A DNA stretch of 64,000 nt from Candidatus Xenobia bacterium (GCA_045863235.1 BTUM01000011.1:32001-96000); one strand, 5' to 3'. Shown: positions 1 to 9,549, counted from the first letter of the stretch. Notes: a model not told the origin generated them from the sequence alone. Translations and numbers: made by a program.

Positions 1-3000
1 TTTCGCCAGCTGCTCTGCCTGGCAGCCGAACGGGTCGGCGAGGAGCTCCGCAGGCCCCCAACCCTGGATCGGGTTTACACCGGGGTTTTGAAGACCGTTG
101 CCGAGCAAAGACTTGCCCTCAGCGAGAGACTTTACAAGGACACGGTTCTTCTCAACGATCTGAGCCTGGCGCGCGATCTCAACCTGATCAGCCTGGTCGG
201 TGCGACGGACCCGCAGCGCCACGCGCCCGGCTATGCCCATCTGCTGTACCAGGAGGTCTGCGATCGCTATTACAGCCTGCCCCCTTTGGGGCTGGGCAGC
301 TATATCGAGGCTCCCTCTGTCTGGACCCAGCTCAAGTGTCGTCCGCTTCCCGACCTGGGCTGGTCGGAAGACCAGTTTTTGACGTTCCTGCGTCTCTGGA
401 TCCGCGTTCAGCTCGAGCGCAGGTGCTTCCGGGCCCTGGGAGTCAGTCTCTACGATCTCGGGCGCGAAGATCAGATCTGGCCGGAAGGGATCGAGATCCG
501 CAAAGAGGGCCAGTGGCTCCCGCGCAAAGTTAACCGCTATTTGCAAGCGCTCGCCCTGGGCGACGAGGATATGGCGCTGCTGCTCGAGTGGCTCCAGGCC
601 CACGTGTCCGGCACCAAGCTCCTTTACAGCGAGCAGCAGAAGTATTACATCGACGAGCTCGGTCTACAGCTCGATCTCAGTCGAGAAGGCTGGCACCTCT
701 GCCAGCGTTGTAACCGCCTGCACCGATTCTTCCTCGAGAACTTGTGTCCCGACTGTTGTGGTGCTATGCATCCGCTGGAGGACAGACAGGAGGCGGTTGA
801 GTCCCGTCGCGGCTACTACCGCCAACAGGTGGAACGAGCCCTCAAGCGGGAGGGCATCGAGCCCTTCGGTCTGTTCGCTGCCGAGCATTCCGCGCAGCTG
901 GCGACTCAGGGCGATTTCGAGGACCTGGCGCGTACGGAGGAATACGAGCTGCGCTTTCAGGACATCCTGCTCGACGATACCGAGCCGCCCGTGGACGTCC
1001 TCAGCTGCACCACGACCATGGAGGTCGGCATCGACATTGGCACACTCAGCGCTGTGGCGCTGCACAACGTTCCTCCGCACGTCTCCAATTACCAGCAGCG
1101 AGCTGGTCGAGCCGGTCGTCGCGGTCGCGGGGTCGCCGGTGTCATCACCTTTGCGCAGGGCGGCACCCACGACGCGTACTTTTTCCAGAAGCCGGACCTC
1201 ATCATCACGGGTGACGTCCAGCCTCCCGTGGTCTATATCGAAAACCGGGAGATCTCGGTCCGTCATGCGCGCGCTTTCGTCTTGCAGACCTTCTTCCACG
1301 AAACGGTGCCATCGACCGGAAGCCCGCAACTCTTTGCCACGCTCGGAACGATCCGAGAGTTCCTTGCCCCTGGCCCTTGCTCGCTCGCGGCTCTCGAGAG
1401 CTGGCTCCAGGGTCACGGTGCCGGGGCTCGCCAACGCTTACTGGCCTGGCTGCCGAAGACTAGTCACTGGCTGGGTGAGGAGATTCCGGAGAGCCTGCGG
1501 GAAGATATCGCCGACGAGGCCACGTTAAAGCTTCCCGACCGCATCCGCGAGGTTCTGCCCCTGGACCAGTTCGCGCGCTATCAGGAGCTGACGCAGAGCG
1601 AGCGGGATCGCCTCGACCTCCTTCTGGACGCCACTTTGTTACAACACCTGATCGAGCGAGCGGTCCTCCCGCGCTACGCCTTCCCGACCGATGTAGTGAG
1701 TCTGCATATCTTCGAGCCGCGCGAGCGGAACAAGCCTCCAAAGTACAAGTATCAGCCCCAGCGTGATCTCCGCATCGCCCTGAGTGAGTATGCTCCGGCG
1801 GCCGAGTTGACCATCGACAAGTATTTATACACGGTCCGGGCTCTTTACTCGCCCTTCCAGGCCAATCCCAGAGAGCCGCTCGAGCACGCCTCTTATCACA
1901 TCTCCTGCGTTGCCAACAAAGACGGTTGCGGGTTCGTCACGGTCAGCCCCGAGCCGAGCGACCTGATCGTCTGTCCGGTCTGTAACGGAGAGCTCGACTG
2001 TCAGGTCTTCGTTCGGCCGCCGGGCTTTGCACCCGACGTGAATCAGGAGGCCAAGCTGGACAAGGGAGGCTCCTCCCACCGCTCAGGTTTCGCGACCCGG
2101 GCTCGGATGGAGGTGCCTCTCGATTCCGGACCCGGAAACTGGAAGCCGGGCCCCGTTCTCCAGCTCCAGACGCGCCACGACACGGTGCCCCTGATCAGCG
2201 TGAACAAAGGCATTCAGAATCGCGGCTTCCTGATGTGCCGCCTGTGCGGGTGCATCGATCCGGTCGAAGGCCCTGGTTACCCGCGCGGAGTTCTTCACCA
2301 AGCGGGTCGTCGGGGAAAGCAGGGAGACAACACCCATAATCACCCCATCCAGCGGGGGGACGTCTGCACGGGCGACTTGGCCCCTCCCTTCTACCTCGGG
2401 CACCGCTTCATCACGGACGTTCTGGTCCTCCGGGTCGAGATGGCTCCGCCACTCACCTGTGACACCAGGCGCCCGGCTGTGAGGGCGGCTCTGACCACTC
2501 TCTCAGAGGCTTTGCTCCAAGCGGCCTCCCGCGTGCTGCAGATCGACGAGGGCGAGATGGAGGCAAACTGGAGTCCTGTGCAGGCCAGCGTGGGACGCTA
2601 CGTCGATCTGTACCTCTACGACGTCCTTCCCGGCGGAGCTGGTTTTGCGCGCGAGAGCCAGGAACGACTGGAGGAAGTCCTCAAGGCCACCGGGGAGCTT
2701 CTGGCGCCGGCCAGCTGCTCGTGCGAAGCCTCGTGCTACCGGTGCCTACGCAACTACACGAACCAGTTTTACCATGGGATGTTGGACCGGGGCCTGGGCT
2801 ACGATCTGCTCTCTTACATCATGACCGGCGCGGTGCCGGCGCTTGCCCCCGATAAGGAAGAGCTGGCCCTGACAGGTCTGTGCCAGGCGCTGGCTCTCCA
2901 CGGCATCCCTGCAGCACTGCGCCAGACCGCCGAGGGACTCGAGGGCCCGATCACTGTGCCGCTGGTGGCCGGGCAAGGAGACGCTACCCTCTGGGTCGCA

Positions 3001-3156
3001 GCTCACCATCCTCTAGTCGAGCGGGCCCTGTCGGAGCACTGGCTGGATGAAGCGGGCCTGATGCTGGCCCAGCCCGTGCACCTGGCGGACGCCTACCAGG
3101 CTGAGCACCAGTTGCCGCTCGCATTCGAGGAGCTGCGAAGAGCGCTGAGTCCCTAG
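1..3156 (+). CDS. SF2 (DEAD/DEAH) helicase, C-terminal part with DUF1998 Zn-binding domain (MrfA/DruE-like); 5' end lies outside the window
   Basis: Frame is open from base 1. Helicase motifs CTTTMEVGIDIG and NYQQRAGRAGRR, several CxxC pairs, and DUF1998-type LYDVLPGGAG...CSCEASCYRCL. Confidence 0.85.
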   Translation, partial: FRQLLCLAAERVGEELRRPPTLDRVYTGVLKTVAEQRLALSERLYKDTVLLNDLSLARDLNLISLVGATDPQRHAPGYAHLLYQEVCDRYYSLPPLGLGSYIEAPSVWTQLKCRPLPDLGWSEDQFLTFLRLWIRVQLERRCFRALGVSLYDLGREDQIWPEGIEIRKEGQWLPRKVNRYLQALALGDEDMALLLEWLQAHVSGTKLLYSEQQKYYIDELGLQLDLSREGWHLCQRCNRLHRFFLENLCPDCCGAMHPLEDRQEAVESRRGYYRQQVERALKREGIEPFGLFAAEHSAQLATQGDFEDLARTEEYELRFQDILLDDTEPPVDVLSCTTTMEVGIDIGTLSAVALHNVPPHVSNYQQRAGRAGRRGRGVAGVITFAQGGTHDAYFFQKPDLIITGDVQPPVVYIENREISVRHARAFVLQTFFHETVPSTGSPQLFATLGTIREFLAPGPCSLAALESWLQGHGAGARQRLLAWLPKTSHWLGEEIPESLREDIADEATLKLPDRIREVLPLDQFARYQELTQSERDRLDLLLDATLLQHLIERAVLPRYAFPTDVVSLHIFEPRERNKPPKYKYQPQRDLRIALSEYAPAAELTIDKYLYTVRALYSPFQANPREPLEHASYHISCVANKDGCGFVTVSPEPSDLIVCPVCNGELDCQVFVRPPGFAPDVNQEAKLDKGGSSHRSGFATRARMEVPLDSGPGNWKPGPVLQLQTRHDTVPLISVNKGIQNRGFLMCRLCGCIDPVEGPGYPRGVLHQAGRRGKQGDNTHNHPIQRGDVCTGDLAPPFYLGHRFITDVLVLRVEMAPPLTCDTRRPAVRAALTTLSEALLQAASRVLQIDEGEMEANWSPVQASVGRYVDLYLYDVLPGGAGFARESQERLEEVLKATGELLAPASCSCEASCYRCLRNYTNQFYHGMLDRGLGYDLLSYIMTGAVPALAPDKEELALTGLCQALALHGIPAALRQTAEGLEGPITVPLVAGQGDATLWVAAHHPLVERALSEHWLDEAGLMLAQPVHLADAYQAEHQLPLAFEELRRALSP

Positions 3157-4265
3157 AGATAGATTTCCGATGCGCGCGTCAGAGTGAGGGTGGTTTCATC
3201 GGTCAATGTCGCTCGCAGGACACGGATGCGGGAGTTCCTCGGGAATTGCCGCAGGGAGACACCGAAGGTAGGCTCCGCCAGGACATCGACCTCCCGGTTT
3301 TGCCCGTCGACTGCGGTCAGGGAGGCGTCCGAACGCGGCTGAGTCACTCGAAGCTCCCGGTCGATCAGGTGAGAATCCAACGGCGGGGCCTCCCAGTAAG
3401 CGTCACACAGCTGACGGACGGCACAAAATCGGCAGACCTCCGGTTCGGGCCGGGCTTCGACTAGGCCTCGCCCCAACTGGGAACGCCAAGAATCGATCTC
3501 TCGGCCCAGGCGGCGCTCGAGCTCCAGGAGTTGCGGTTCCGTCGGACGGACCTCAAGCGACCTGCCCGAGACGGGAACCACTCGCAGAAGAGCGGGCAGT
3601 CGCCCGCGAGCCCGCCACCAGAGCAAGCCATATAGGGCGATCTGGTCTCGGTAAGCCTCGCTCATCTCTCCCGACTTGTAGTCGGTGATCCAGTCTCCGT
3701 CGGGACGAATCTGCACCAGGTCAAGGATTCCTTTGAGGGGCAGCGTCGGGTGCTCGACGAGGCACTCTCCCAGAGTCTGGTAGTCTCCGGTGTGGCTCTC
3801 GCGTTGCGGGCTGGGCGAAGTGCGCCCTTCCCAGGTGGACCTCAGGAGTCGCAGCACGGTGTTGCGCACCTCCAGCGCATCGATTCCGAGCCCTGTCTCG
3901 CGCCACGCGCGGGGGTTCTGTCGGAGGCGGACCAACGCGCGCTCTAACAGGGCGTCCGTCCTGGTCTTGAAATCGAAACTCTTGAGCGCCTCCCCGGCCT
4001 CACGGGTTCCAAGCGGCGGAGAGCCCTTCTGGATCAGCCAGGCGATCAGCTCCTTCATCAGGGCGTGAACGACCTGGCCCTGCGCGGAGCGAGAATTGTA
4101 GGGAGAGGGATAGCACCCCGAGAGCCCCGGGTAGGTCGAGTTCTCCAGCTGCCAGCGCCTCGGGCACTGGCGCAGCGCAGTCAGCGCGGAGAAGCTGAAT
4201 TTGTGCGGAGCTTCGGCCAGACGAAGGGGCTGAGAGTTGAAGTAAAGCTCGGGCGCCGGCGTCAC
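3153..4265 (-). CDS. PD-(D/E)XK RecB/Cas4-like nuclease with predicted 4Fe-4S cysteines
   Basis: FSFSAL..LRQCPRRW, LKGILDLV...ITDYKSG, QIALY and CRFCAVRQLC. GTG start at 4265 overlaps the EVE gene stop (GTGA). Confidence 0.8.
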   Translation of the reverse strand: MTPAPELYFNSQPLRLAEAPHKFSFSALTALRQCPRRWQLENSTYPGLSGCYPSPYNSRSAQGQVVHALMKELIAWLIQKGSPPLGTREAGEALKSFDFKTRTDALLERALVRLRQNPRAWRETGLGIDALEVRNTVLRLLRSTWEGRTSPSPQRESHTGDYQTLGECLVEHPTLPLKGILDLVQIRPDGDWITDYKSGEMSEAYRDQIALYGLLWWRARGRLPALLRVVPVSGRSLEVRPTEPQLLELERRLGREIDSWRSQLGRGLVEARPEPEVCRFCAVRQLCDAYWEAPPLDSHLIDRELRVTQPRSDASLTAVDGQNREVDVLAEPTFGVSLRQFPRNSRIRVLRATLTDETTLTLTRASEIYL

Positions 4266-4705
4266 GCGAGATGAAGGGAACCGCCGACTTCCGCCCCACC
4301 CAGAATGCCCCTCAGGTAATCGTAATCGCTCCCAGGAATCTCGATGAATCCCCCGCGGCAAAAGAGCATGTTGGTCGGGACCGTGTTGTTGAGCTCGCGG
4401 AAGACGTCGAGGAACCAGAGGCTATCCCCTACTGGCCTCCGTACCCCGGTCTCCAGGAACTTGACCCGACAGCGGTTGGGGTAGTTCTGGCCTTCTCCAA
4501 AGATCGGCTTGGTATCTTCGAAGGGGGACCCGTCGATCAATCCGTGCCCGTCCAGGCATTGCACCTGGGTCAGATAGACAATGAAGCGGTCGCCCTTGGC
4601 CAGGTCGGCGAAGCGCTTGCGGTGGTGCTTGAGCACGCCAATCGTGCCGTGCTGCTGGACTTTCTCATAGGTGTCGGGGCGGAAGGCCAGGAGCCAGTTG
4701 CGCAT
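4262..4705 (-). CDS. EVE (PUA-like) domain protein
   Basis: ATG at 4705 gives 147 aa: MRNWLL...LAKGDRFIVY...PFED..PIF...YPNRCRV...GFIEIPGSDYDYL, the typical EVE pattern. Confidence 0.8.
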   Translation of the reverse strand: MRNWLLAFRPDTYEKVQQHGTIGVLKHHRKRFADLAKGDRFIVYLTQVQCLDGHGLIDGSPFEDTKPIFGEGQNYPNRCRVKFLETGVRRPVGDSLWFLDVFRELNNTVPTNMLFCRGGFIEIPGSDYDYLRGILGGAEVGGSLHLA

Positions 4706-5025
4706 GCTTGCGGCTCTTCGTCGGCACCTGGTCCTGACCTCTCGGCAGGCAGCTCCCTCACTTCTCGAAAAGTCTGGACGCGGTTGATGACCGACGGTTT
4801 GGGTCGCGGGAAACCGTCTATTCTGGCCGCTGCTGCTCGCCTGAGCCGGCCTGCGGGTCGTTTCGCTTGGGGCGACTTTCAAGATAGGAGCAGACCATAT
4901 CGTAGCCAAGATTCAGGAGGATCGGTCCAGCCGCTATCGGGAGTTCAGTAGCCACTGTCATGCCAGGCTTACGGTCTAAATCTGCGTCTGGGGGCGGCTC
5001 ACTCTTCGTGAGGTCCTCCTTGGGG

Positions 5026-5224
5026 GTGCGACCTTCGCCTCCTCTGCTACGGCCGTGCGTAGGACGGAATTTGGCAATTTTCTTCTGCTCAACAGCCCGA
5101 CGTTCCCGGGCTGTAGTACCATCTCGGGCCACTTTGAACTCGAAGGTTTCGCCGATGCTTGGGTCTAGAGGAGACCAGTCCGGAGATGCCGTTTCATCCT
5201 GCGAAGAAGCAGGTAGCCGATCAA
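5026..5224 (-). pseudogene. Frameshifted remnant of a small GIY-YIG-like nuclease
   Basis: LIGYLLLRRMKRHLRTGLL* continues after a 2-nt shift near 5168 as DPSIGETFEFKVARDGTTARERRAVEQKKIAKFRPTHGRSRGGEGR. This resembles the RR..H, E..I and GGxG elements of GIY-YIG. Confidence 0.4.
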
Positions 5225-5263
5225 TCTAGAGGTAGGGACAGACGCTCTCCGGAAGTGTAATCT

Positions 5264-6664
5264 GTGAACACTCTGCCTCGACCCATTGGCCGCCAGAAAG
5301 AGGTTCTCTGCTTACCAGCGACTGGGCACACCGTTGTCCTTGGTACCGCTGGCAGCGGCAAGACGACGCTCGCGATCCACCGTGCGGCTTTTCTAGCCAA
5401 CCCCATGACCGACCACAGTGGGCGCACGCTTTTGGTCACATTTAATCGATGCCTGGTGGCGTACCTCAAAGCGCTAGGCGGAAGGCTCGGACAGGTCGAC
5501 GTTCATAACTATCACAAGTTTGCGCGCGGCTATCTTGCCCGTCGCGGCAGGATGGGATGGAACTCCATATGCAACGCGGACTCGATGGAGACTTTCTGCC
5601 GCCAAGCCGTCGCCGCGGCCAAAGAATCCGGAAAACGCAACCCGATCCTCGACCGCCCCATTGAATTCCTCGTGGAAGAATTCCGGTGGGTTGCCCAAAA
5701 TGGGATCAGGAACCTAGTCGACTACCTTGGTGCCGAGGACGCCGGTCGCTTGGGTTCTCGCGTTTCAGACATCGACCGAGAGCCAGTGTTTTCTGCCTAC
5801 GAGCGGTACCGAGCTATCCGGGATGCGAGCGGCAAGCACTACGACTGGGACGACGTTGCCCAGACGGTAATCTCCGAGTTCGAGTCCGATAGTGACAAGC
5901 GCTTCTACACGCACGTGATTATTGACGAGGGGCAGGACTTTTCGCCGGTGATGATTCGATCACTGGCTTTAGCGGTCCCCGAAAACGGAAGTCTCACATT
6001 TTTTGGCGACATGGCACAACAAATCTATGGAAACAAGATCTCGTGGCGAACTGCCGGCCTCTCGGTGCTGGATCACAATGTGTGGAGGTTCGAGGAAAAC
6101 TACCGCAACACGAAGCAGGTCGCCCAACTTGCCCTCGCCATCGCAAAGTCGCAATACTACCGAGGTGTAGCGGACCTCGTCGAGCCGAAATTCCCTGCTG
6201 CCGATGGACCACTGCCTGCCCAGGTGGCGTTCTCTTCGGAGGCTGAGGAGATACGCTTCGTTGTAGACATGGCGCAGAAGCTTGCTCAGACAGGAACCGT
6301 GGCTGTTCTGTTCCGTGACCGTGAACTCGAAAAGCAGCTCCCGGACCTCGCATCTATTCCGACGACCCGTCTTCATCGCGAACTTGAGACTTGGCCTGCG
6401 GGCCCAGGCCTGTTCTATGGTACATATCACTCGGCCAAGGGGCTTGAGTTTGATTCGGTGCTTATCCCCTATGCGACGAGTTCGCGGCTGCCGCATCCGG
6501 ACGATGTCGTTGCGTTCGGGGCGGAGGAGGCATGCGCGAGAGACGTGAAGCTGCTCTATGTGGCTGTTACGCGGGCGAAGCTAAACCTCATCATTACTCA
6601 CACGGGGGATCCCACGCCATTCCTGCCAGCCGGCGCCGGGCTGCTGCAAAGAAGCCGACGGTGA
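5264..6664 (+). CDS. UvrD/Rep-like SF1 helicase (compact, 466 aa)
   Basis: Walker A GTAGSGKT, VTFN, Walker B IIDEGQDFS, GDMAQQIY, NYRNT, TYHSAKGLEFD and LYVAVTRAK. Confidence 0.92.
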   Translation: MNTLPRPIGRQKEVLCLPATGHTVVLGTAGSGKTTLAIHRAAFLANPMTDHSGRTLLVTFNRCLVAYLKALGGRLGQVDVHNYHKFARGYLARRGRMGWNSICNADSMETFCRQAVAAAKESGKRNPILDRPIEFLVEEFRWVAQNGIRNLVDYLGAEDAGRLGSRVSDIDREPVFSAYERYRAIRDASGKHYDWDDVAQTVISEFESDSDKRFYTHVIIDEGQDFSPVMIRSLALAVPENGSLTFFGDMAQQIYGNKISWRTAGLSVLDHNVWRFEENYRNTKQVAQLALAIAKSQYYRGVADLVEPKFPAADGPLPAQVAFSSEAEEIRFVVDMAQKLAQTGTVAVLFRDRELEKQLPDLASIPTTRLHRELETWPAGPGLFYGTYHSAKGLEFDSVLIPYATSSRLPHPDDVVAFGAEEACARDVKLLYVAVTRAKLNLIITHTGDPTPFLPAGAGLLQRSRR

Positions 6665-7362
6665 GCGCCTCGATTCGAGCGAGCGTACAGTCGCGCGATA
6701 TTACAAGACTCTGCCATTTCACGCCCTCCCGGAATCTGATGCACATCGCCACAGACCCGAGCGGGCTCCTGGCTTCAGCTCGGCTGCGGGAAGACGAGAA
6801 GGCGGTGTTCAACGCGACTGATCGCCAGCGATTAGACGGCTGCCCGGACTATGTCTGCTGTTCCATCCAGTACCCCAACGCCTGGTATTTCCGGAGAGCT
6901 CGCGAAAATGAGAGTATCTTTAAAGACTGGGTAGTCGTGCTCATCAAGGCCCACCATTTGTGGGCTGCCGGAACGAAATTCTGCCCGCGCAACGCAGCGG
7001 CAAACTCTGGCCGAGACGTTGAAGAGGGGGACATCGCGTTCGAGTCGATGTTCGCACCTACTGTCGTAGGTGCCCACGGAAGGACCTTTACGCGATCGAC
7101 TACACATCCCCTTTGGCTCCCTACCGACGAACAGGCTGAGGTGCTTATTCCCGACCGCGTCGCTCGGGAAGATATCATTGCCGTAGCAGTGGCGGATGAA
7201 TCGCAGGCGAAGCGGGAGCACGCCCGCCTGACCCAGCTAAAGGTTGATCTGCCGGCAATCCTGATGATTCCCGACTTTTTTCGACCTAATTCGCTCAGCG
7301 CCCAGTTACGGAGTGGACGCGTGCCGACCGAGATATCCTTTCGACCGGGAGGTTGTCATTGA
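6661..7362 (+). CDS. darT: DarT-family (DUF4433) ssDNA ADP-ribosyltransferase, DarT1-like
   Basis: GTG at 6661 overlaps the helicase stop. Motifs LCHFT..NL..I, D..RLDG, CCSIQYPN, NAA and catalytic TDEQAEVL. Confidence 0.85.
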   Translation: MSASIRASVQSRDITRLCHFTPSRNLMHIATDPSGLLASARLREDEKAVFNATDRQRLDGCPDYVCCSIQYPNAWYFRRARENESIFKDWVVVLIKAHHLWAAGTKFCPRNAAANSGRDVEEGDIAFESMFAPTVVGAHGRTFTRSTTHPLWLPTDEQAEVLIPDRVAREDIIAVAVADESQAKREHARLTQLKVDLPAILMIPDFFRPNSLSAQLRSGRVPTEISFRPGGCH

Positions 7363-9167
7363 TGACGTCATCCGATGTCCCCAGCAGAACTACCGTTTCC
7401 CGTGCAAAGTCCGAGGGCGCCCTCATCGCTCTGGCAGCGGGTGACGCCCTCGGTTGGCCGCAGGAGTTCGCAGGGCGGGAACGCGCAAAGCTGCGGTTGC
7501 AGGCATCCCCAGCCTTCCGCGATTGGGAACGTAGCAGTGGGGGCCGCTACTACGCGTACTCTGAGACGATCCGCGCGGGCGAGTATAGCGACGACACGCA
7601 ACTCACACTTGCGACCGCCCGCTGCCGCATCCATGCGGGGGCAGCTTGGTGGGCGCACTTTACACGAAATGAGTTGCCACTCTGGACCATCTACGAGCGC
7701 GGTGGCGGCGGGGCAACCAAGCGAGCGGCCGAGAGTTGGCTCCGAGGAAGGGCGCCGTGGAAGCAAGCCGACGGGACAGCGGTCCGGCGATACTTCGATG
7801 CGGGGGGGAACGGGGTGACGATGCGAGTCGTCCCGCACGCCATATATTTCGCATCGGATGAAGATCCGACTAACCTACTCCGAGATGTCGTCATGGATGG
7901 CGCCGCCACGCACGGTCACCCTCGTGCGCTCGTTGGTGCCGCGGCATACGCATACGCAGCCTGGTGGCTCTTGCGGGCACATGAGACGGTTGGGTTTGGT
8001 GAGTTAATCACCGTCCTCCTAGACAACGCATCCAGGTGGGGAGCATTGCCCGGAGCCTCTGCCGCCAAGAATGGCTGGTTGGATGCCGCCGACAAAGTCG
8101 TCGGTAACTACGAGAAACTATGGACCGACGTTGTTGAAGAGACACGATCTCTTCTCGCATGCGTGCGAAGCGGCTTGTCGGCGGGCGCCCTCTCAGATGA
8201 TGAAGAAGTTCTGGCTAAGCTAGGTGCCTTTGGAAAAGCCAAAGGCGCAGGGACAGTAAGTGCAGCAGCAGCGATCTACCTGGCTGCTCGCTACGCAGCG
8301 CAACCAACTCAAGGTGTCCTTCGAGCTGCCTTCGCGGTCGGTGCTGACACAGACACGATAGCTGCGATGACGGGCGGACTTCTTGGGGCTCTCGCGGGCA
8401 CCGATTGGATTCCTGAAGAGTGGTTCGAGGTTCAGGACTGTCAGTACCTTCGGCACATCGCAAACAAGGTTGCAGCGCGCGCGACATCGGAAGTTGCCGA
8501 ATCGCACTACGTTACCGTGAAGGAAATCGATGCATTGATCGGTCGATTGGTGGTCGGCTCTAAGGAGGATGTCGACTTCGACTTCGGCGGCACGCGTCGC
8601 GTCCGTGTCATTGAGTCCTGGGCCCCCCCTGCAGCTTCGAATACGACAGTCGTTCAAGCCTGGCGGTTTCAGGTCTCCGACGGGCAAACGTTGTTCATGA
8701 GGAAGCTCGGCAGGAAGTCGAGGGATGATGGTGCTCCCAGTGGCAATCGAGGCGCTTTGGAATCGCCTGCCTCCGCACACCAGGCGCACCTCAAGATCGA
8801 AGCGCGAGCCGCGGGCGTAAAGCTAAGCGTCAGGGACCTAGCTACTTCAAGCGCGTTCTACGAAGGAGTGCTTGGCCTTACGGCAATGAAGAAGACGATT
8901 AATTTCGTTTCATTCGGCGCGCTATCGCTTGTCGACGGCAGGTACGCTGTAGAGCTCTCGGGCGGTGCGGTTGCTCTCGATGCTGCTGGCATGCGCAACA
9001 GGGTCGAGGTCCACGTGCCGGACCTCGGCACAATCAATGAAAGACTCGATAAAGATGGCGTGCGAATAGTGCAGCCAGTCGCGTCGATGCCGTGGGGTGA
9101 GCGATGCCTGCACTGCCTTGATCCCGACGGAAACCTCGTCGAGGTCGTCGAAAGGCGCGTCCGATGA
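7362..9167 (+). CDS. ADP-ribosylglycohydrolase (ARH/DraG family) fused to a C-terminal VOC/glyoxalase-like domain
   Basis: TGATG coupling with darT. ARH motifs AAGDALG, YSDDTQLT, GNG..MR..P, TH.HP and DTDTIAAMTG. C-terminal VRDL..S.AFY..VLG...PWGER....DPDGNLVE. Confidence 0.9.
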   Translation: MTSSDVPSRTTVSRAKSEGALIALAAGDALGWPQEFAGRERAKLRLQASPAFRDWERSSGGRYYAYSETIRAGEYSDDTQLTLATARCRIHAGAAWWAHFTRNELPLWTIYERGGGGATKRAAESWLRGRAPWKQADGTAVRRYFDAGGNGVTMRVVPHAIYFASDEDPTNLLRDVVMDGAATHGHPRALVGAAAYAYAAWWLLRAHETVGFGELITVLLDNASRWGALPGASAAKNGWLDAADKVVGNYEKLWTDVVEETRSLLACVRSGLSAGALSDDEEVLAKLGAFGKAKGAGTVSAAAAIYLAARYAAQPTQGVLRAAFAVGADTDTIAAMTGGLLGALAGTDWIPEEWFEVQDCQYLRHIANKVAARATSEVAESHYVTVKEIDALIGRLVVGSKEDVDFDFGGTRRVRVIESWAPPAASNTTVVQAWRFQVSDGQTLFMRKLGRKSRDDGAPSGNRGALESPASAHQAHLKIEARAAGVKLSVRDLATSSAFYEGVLGLTAMKKTINFVSFGALSLVDGRYAVELSGGAVALDAAGMRNRVEVHVPDLGTINERLDKDGVRIVQPVASMPWGERCLHCLDPDGNLVEVVERRVR

Positions 9168-9549
9168 CGAGCACAGGTCCGCGTAACAGGTAGGGGGCGT
9201 CTTACCGGGTCGTCATCGCTACCATCTAGCCAGTCACGTCTCAGTCTCGTTCAACTGGGTCACCAGGCGTCGGTTTCCCGTAGAGTGATCGGCTTCCCGT
9301 GGAATACGGACATATCCGAGATCTGGTACCAACGGATGCGGTACCTCCTCGAGCGCCTGGTGGACCCGGAGGCGCGGGAGAGGTTGGCGCAAGCAAGCTT
9401 GGCCATCGACTTGGGGCCGAGGTGAGTTTTCGACAGGAGATTCGTTTTCAAGTTCGCCAACCTCTGCCCCCAATGGCACCACCTCGGGACATAGAAGGAA
9501 ATTCAACCTTCTCGGGGAACTTTTTCAATGCGTGGCTTCAGATTCGCCC

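Noticed and set aside
3153..4265. Cas4-like nuclease as evidence of CRISPR-Cas
   Set aside because: No cas1/cas2 and no repeat-spacer array seen anywhere in the window.
5264..6664. Gabija GajB
   Set aside because: It is a UvrD-like helicase, but there is no adjacent OLD/TOPRIM GajA; its partners are DarT and ARH.
9285..9425. 46-aa ORF VIGFPWNTDISEIWYQRMRYLLERL...
   Set aside because: Protein-like but with no RBS or recognisable family; possibly a remnant, and unsupported.
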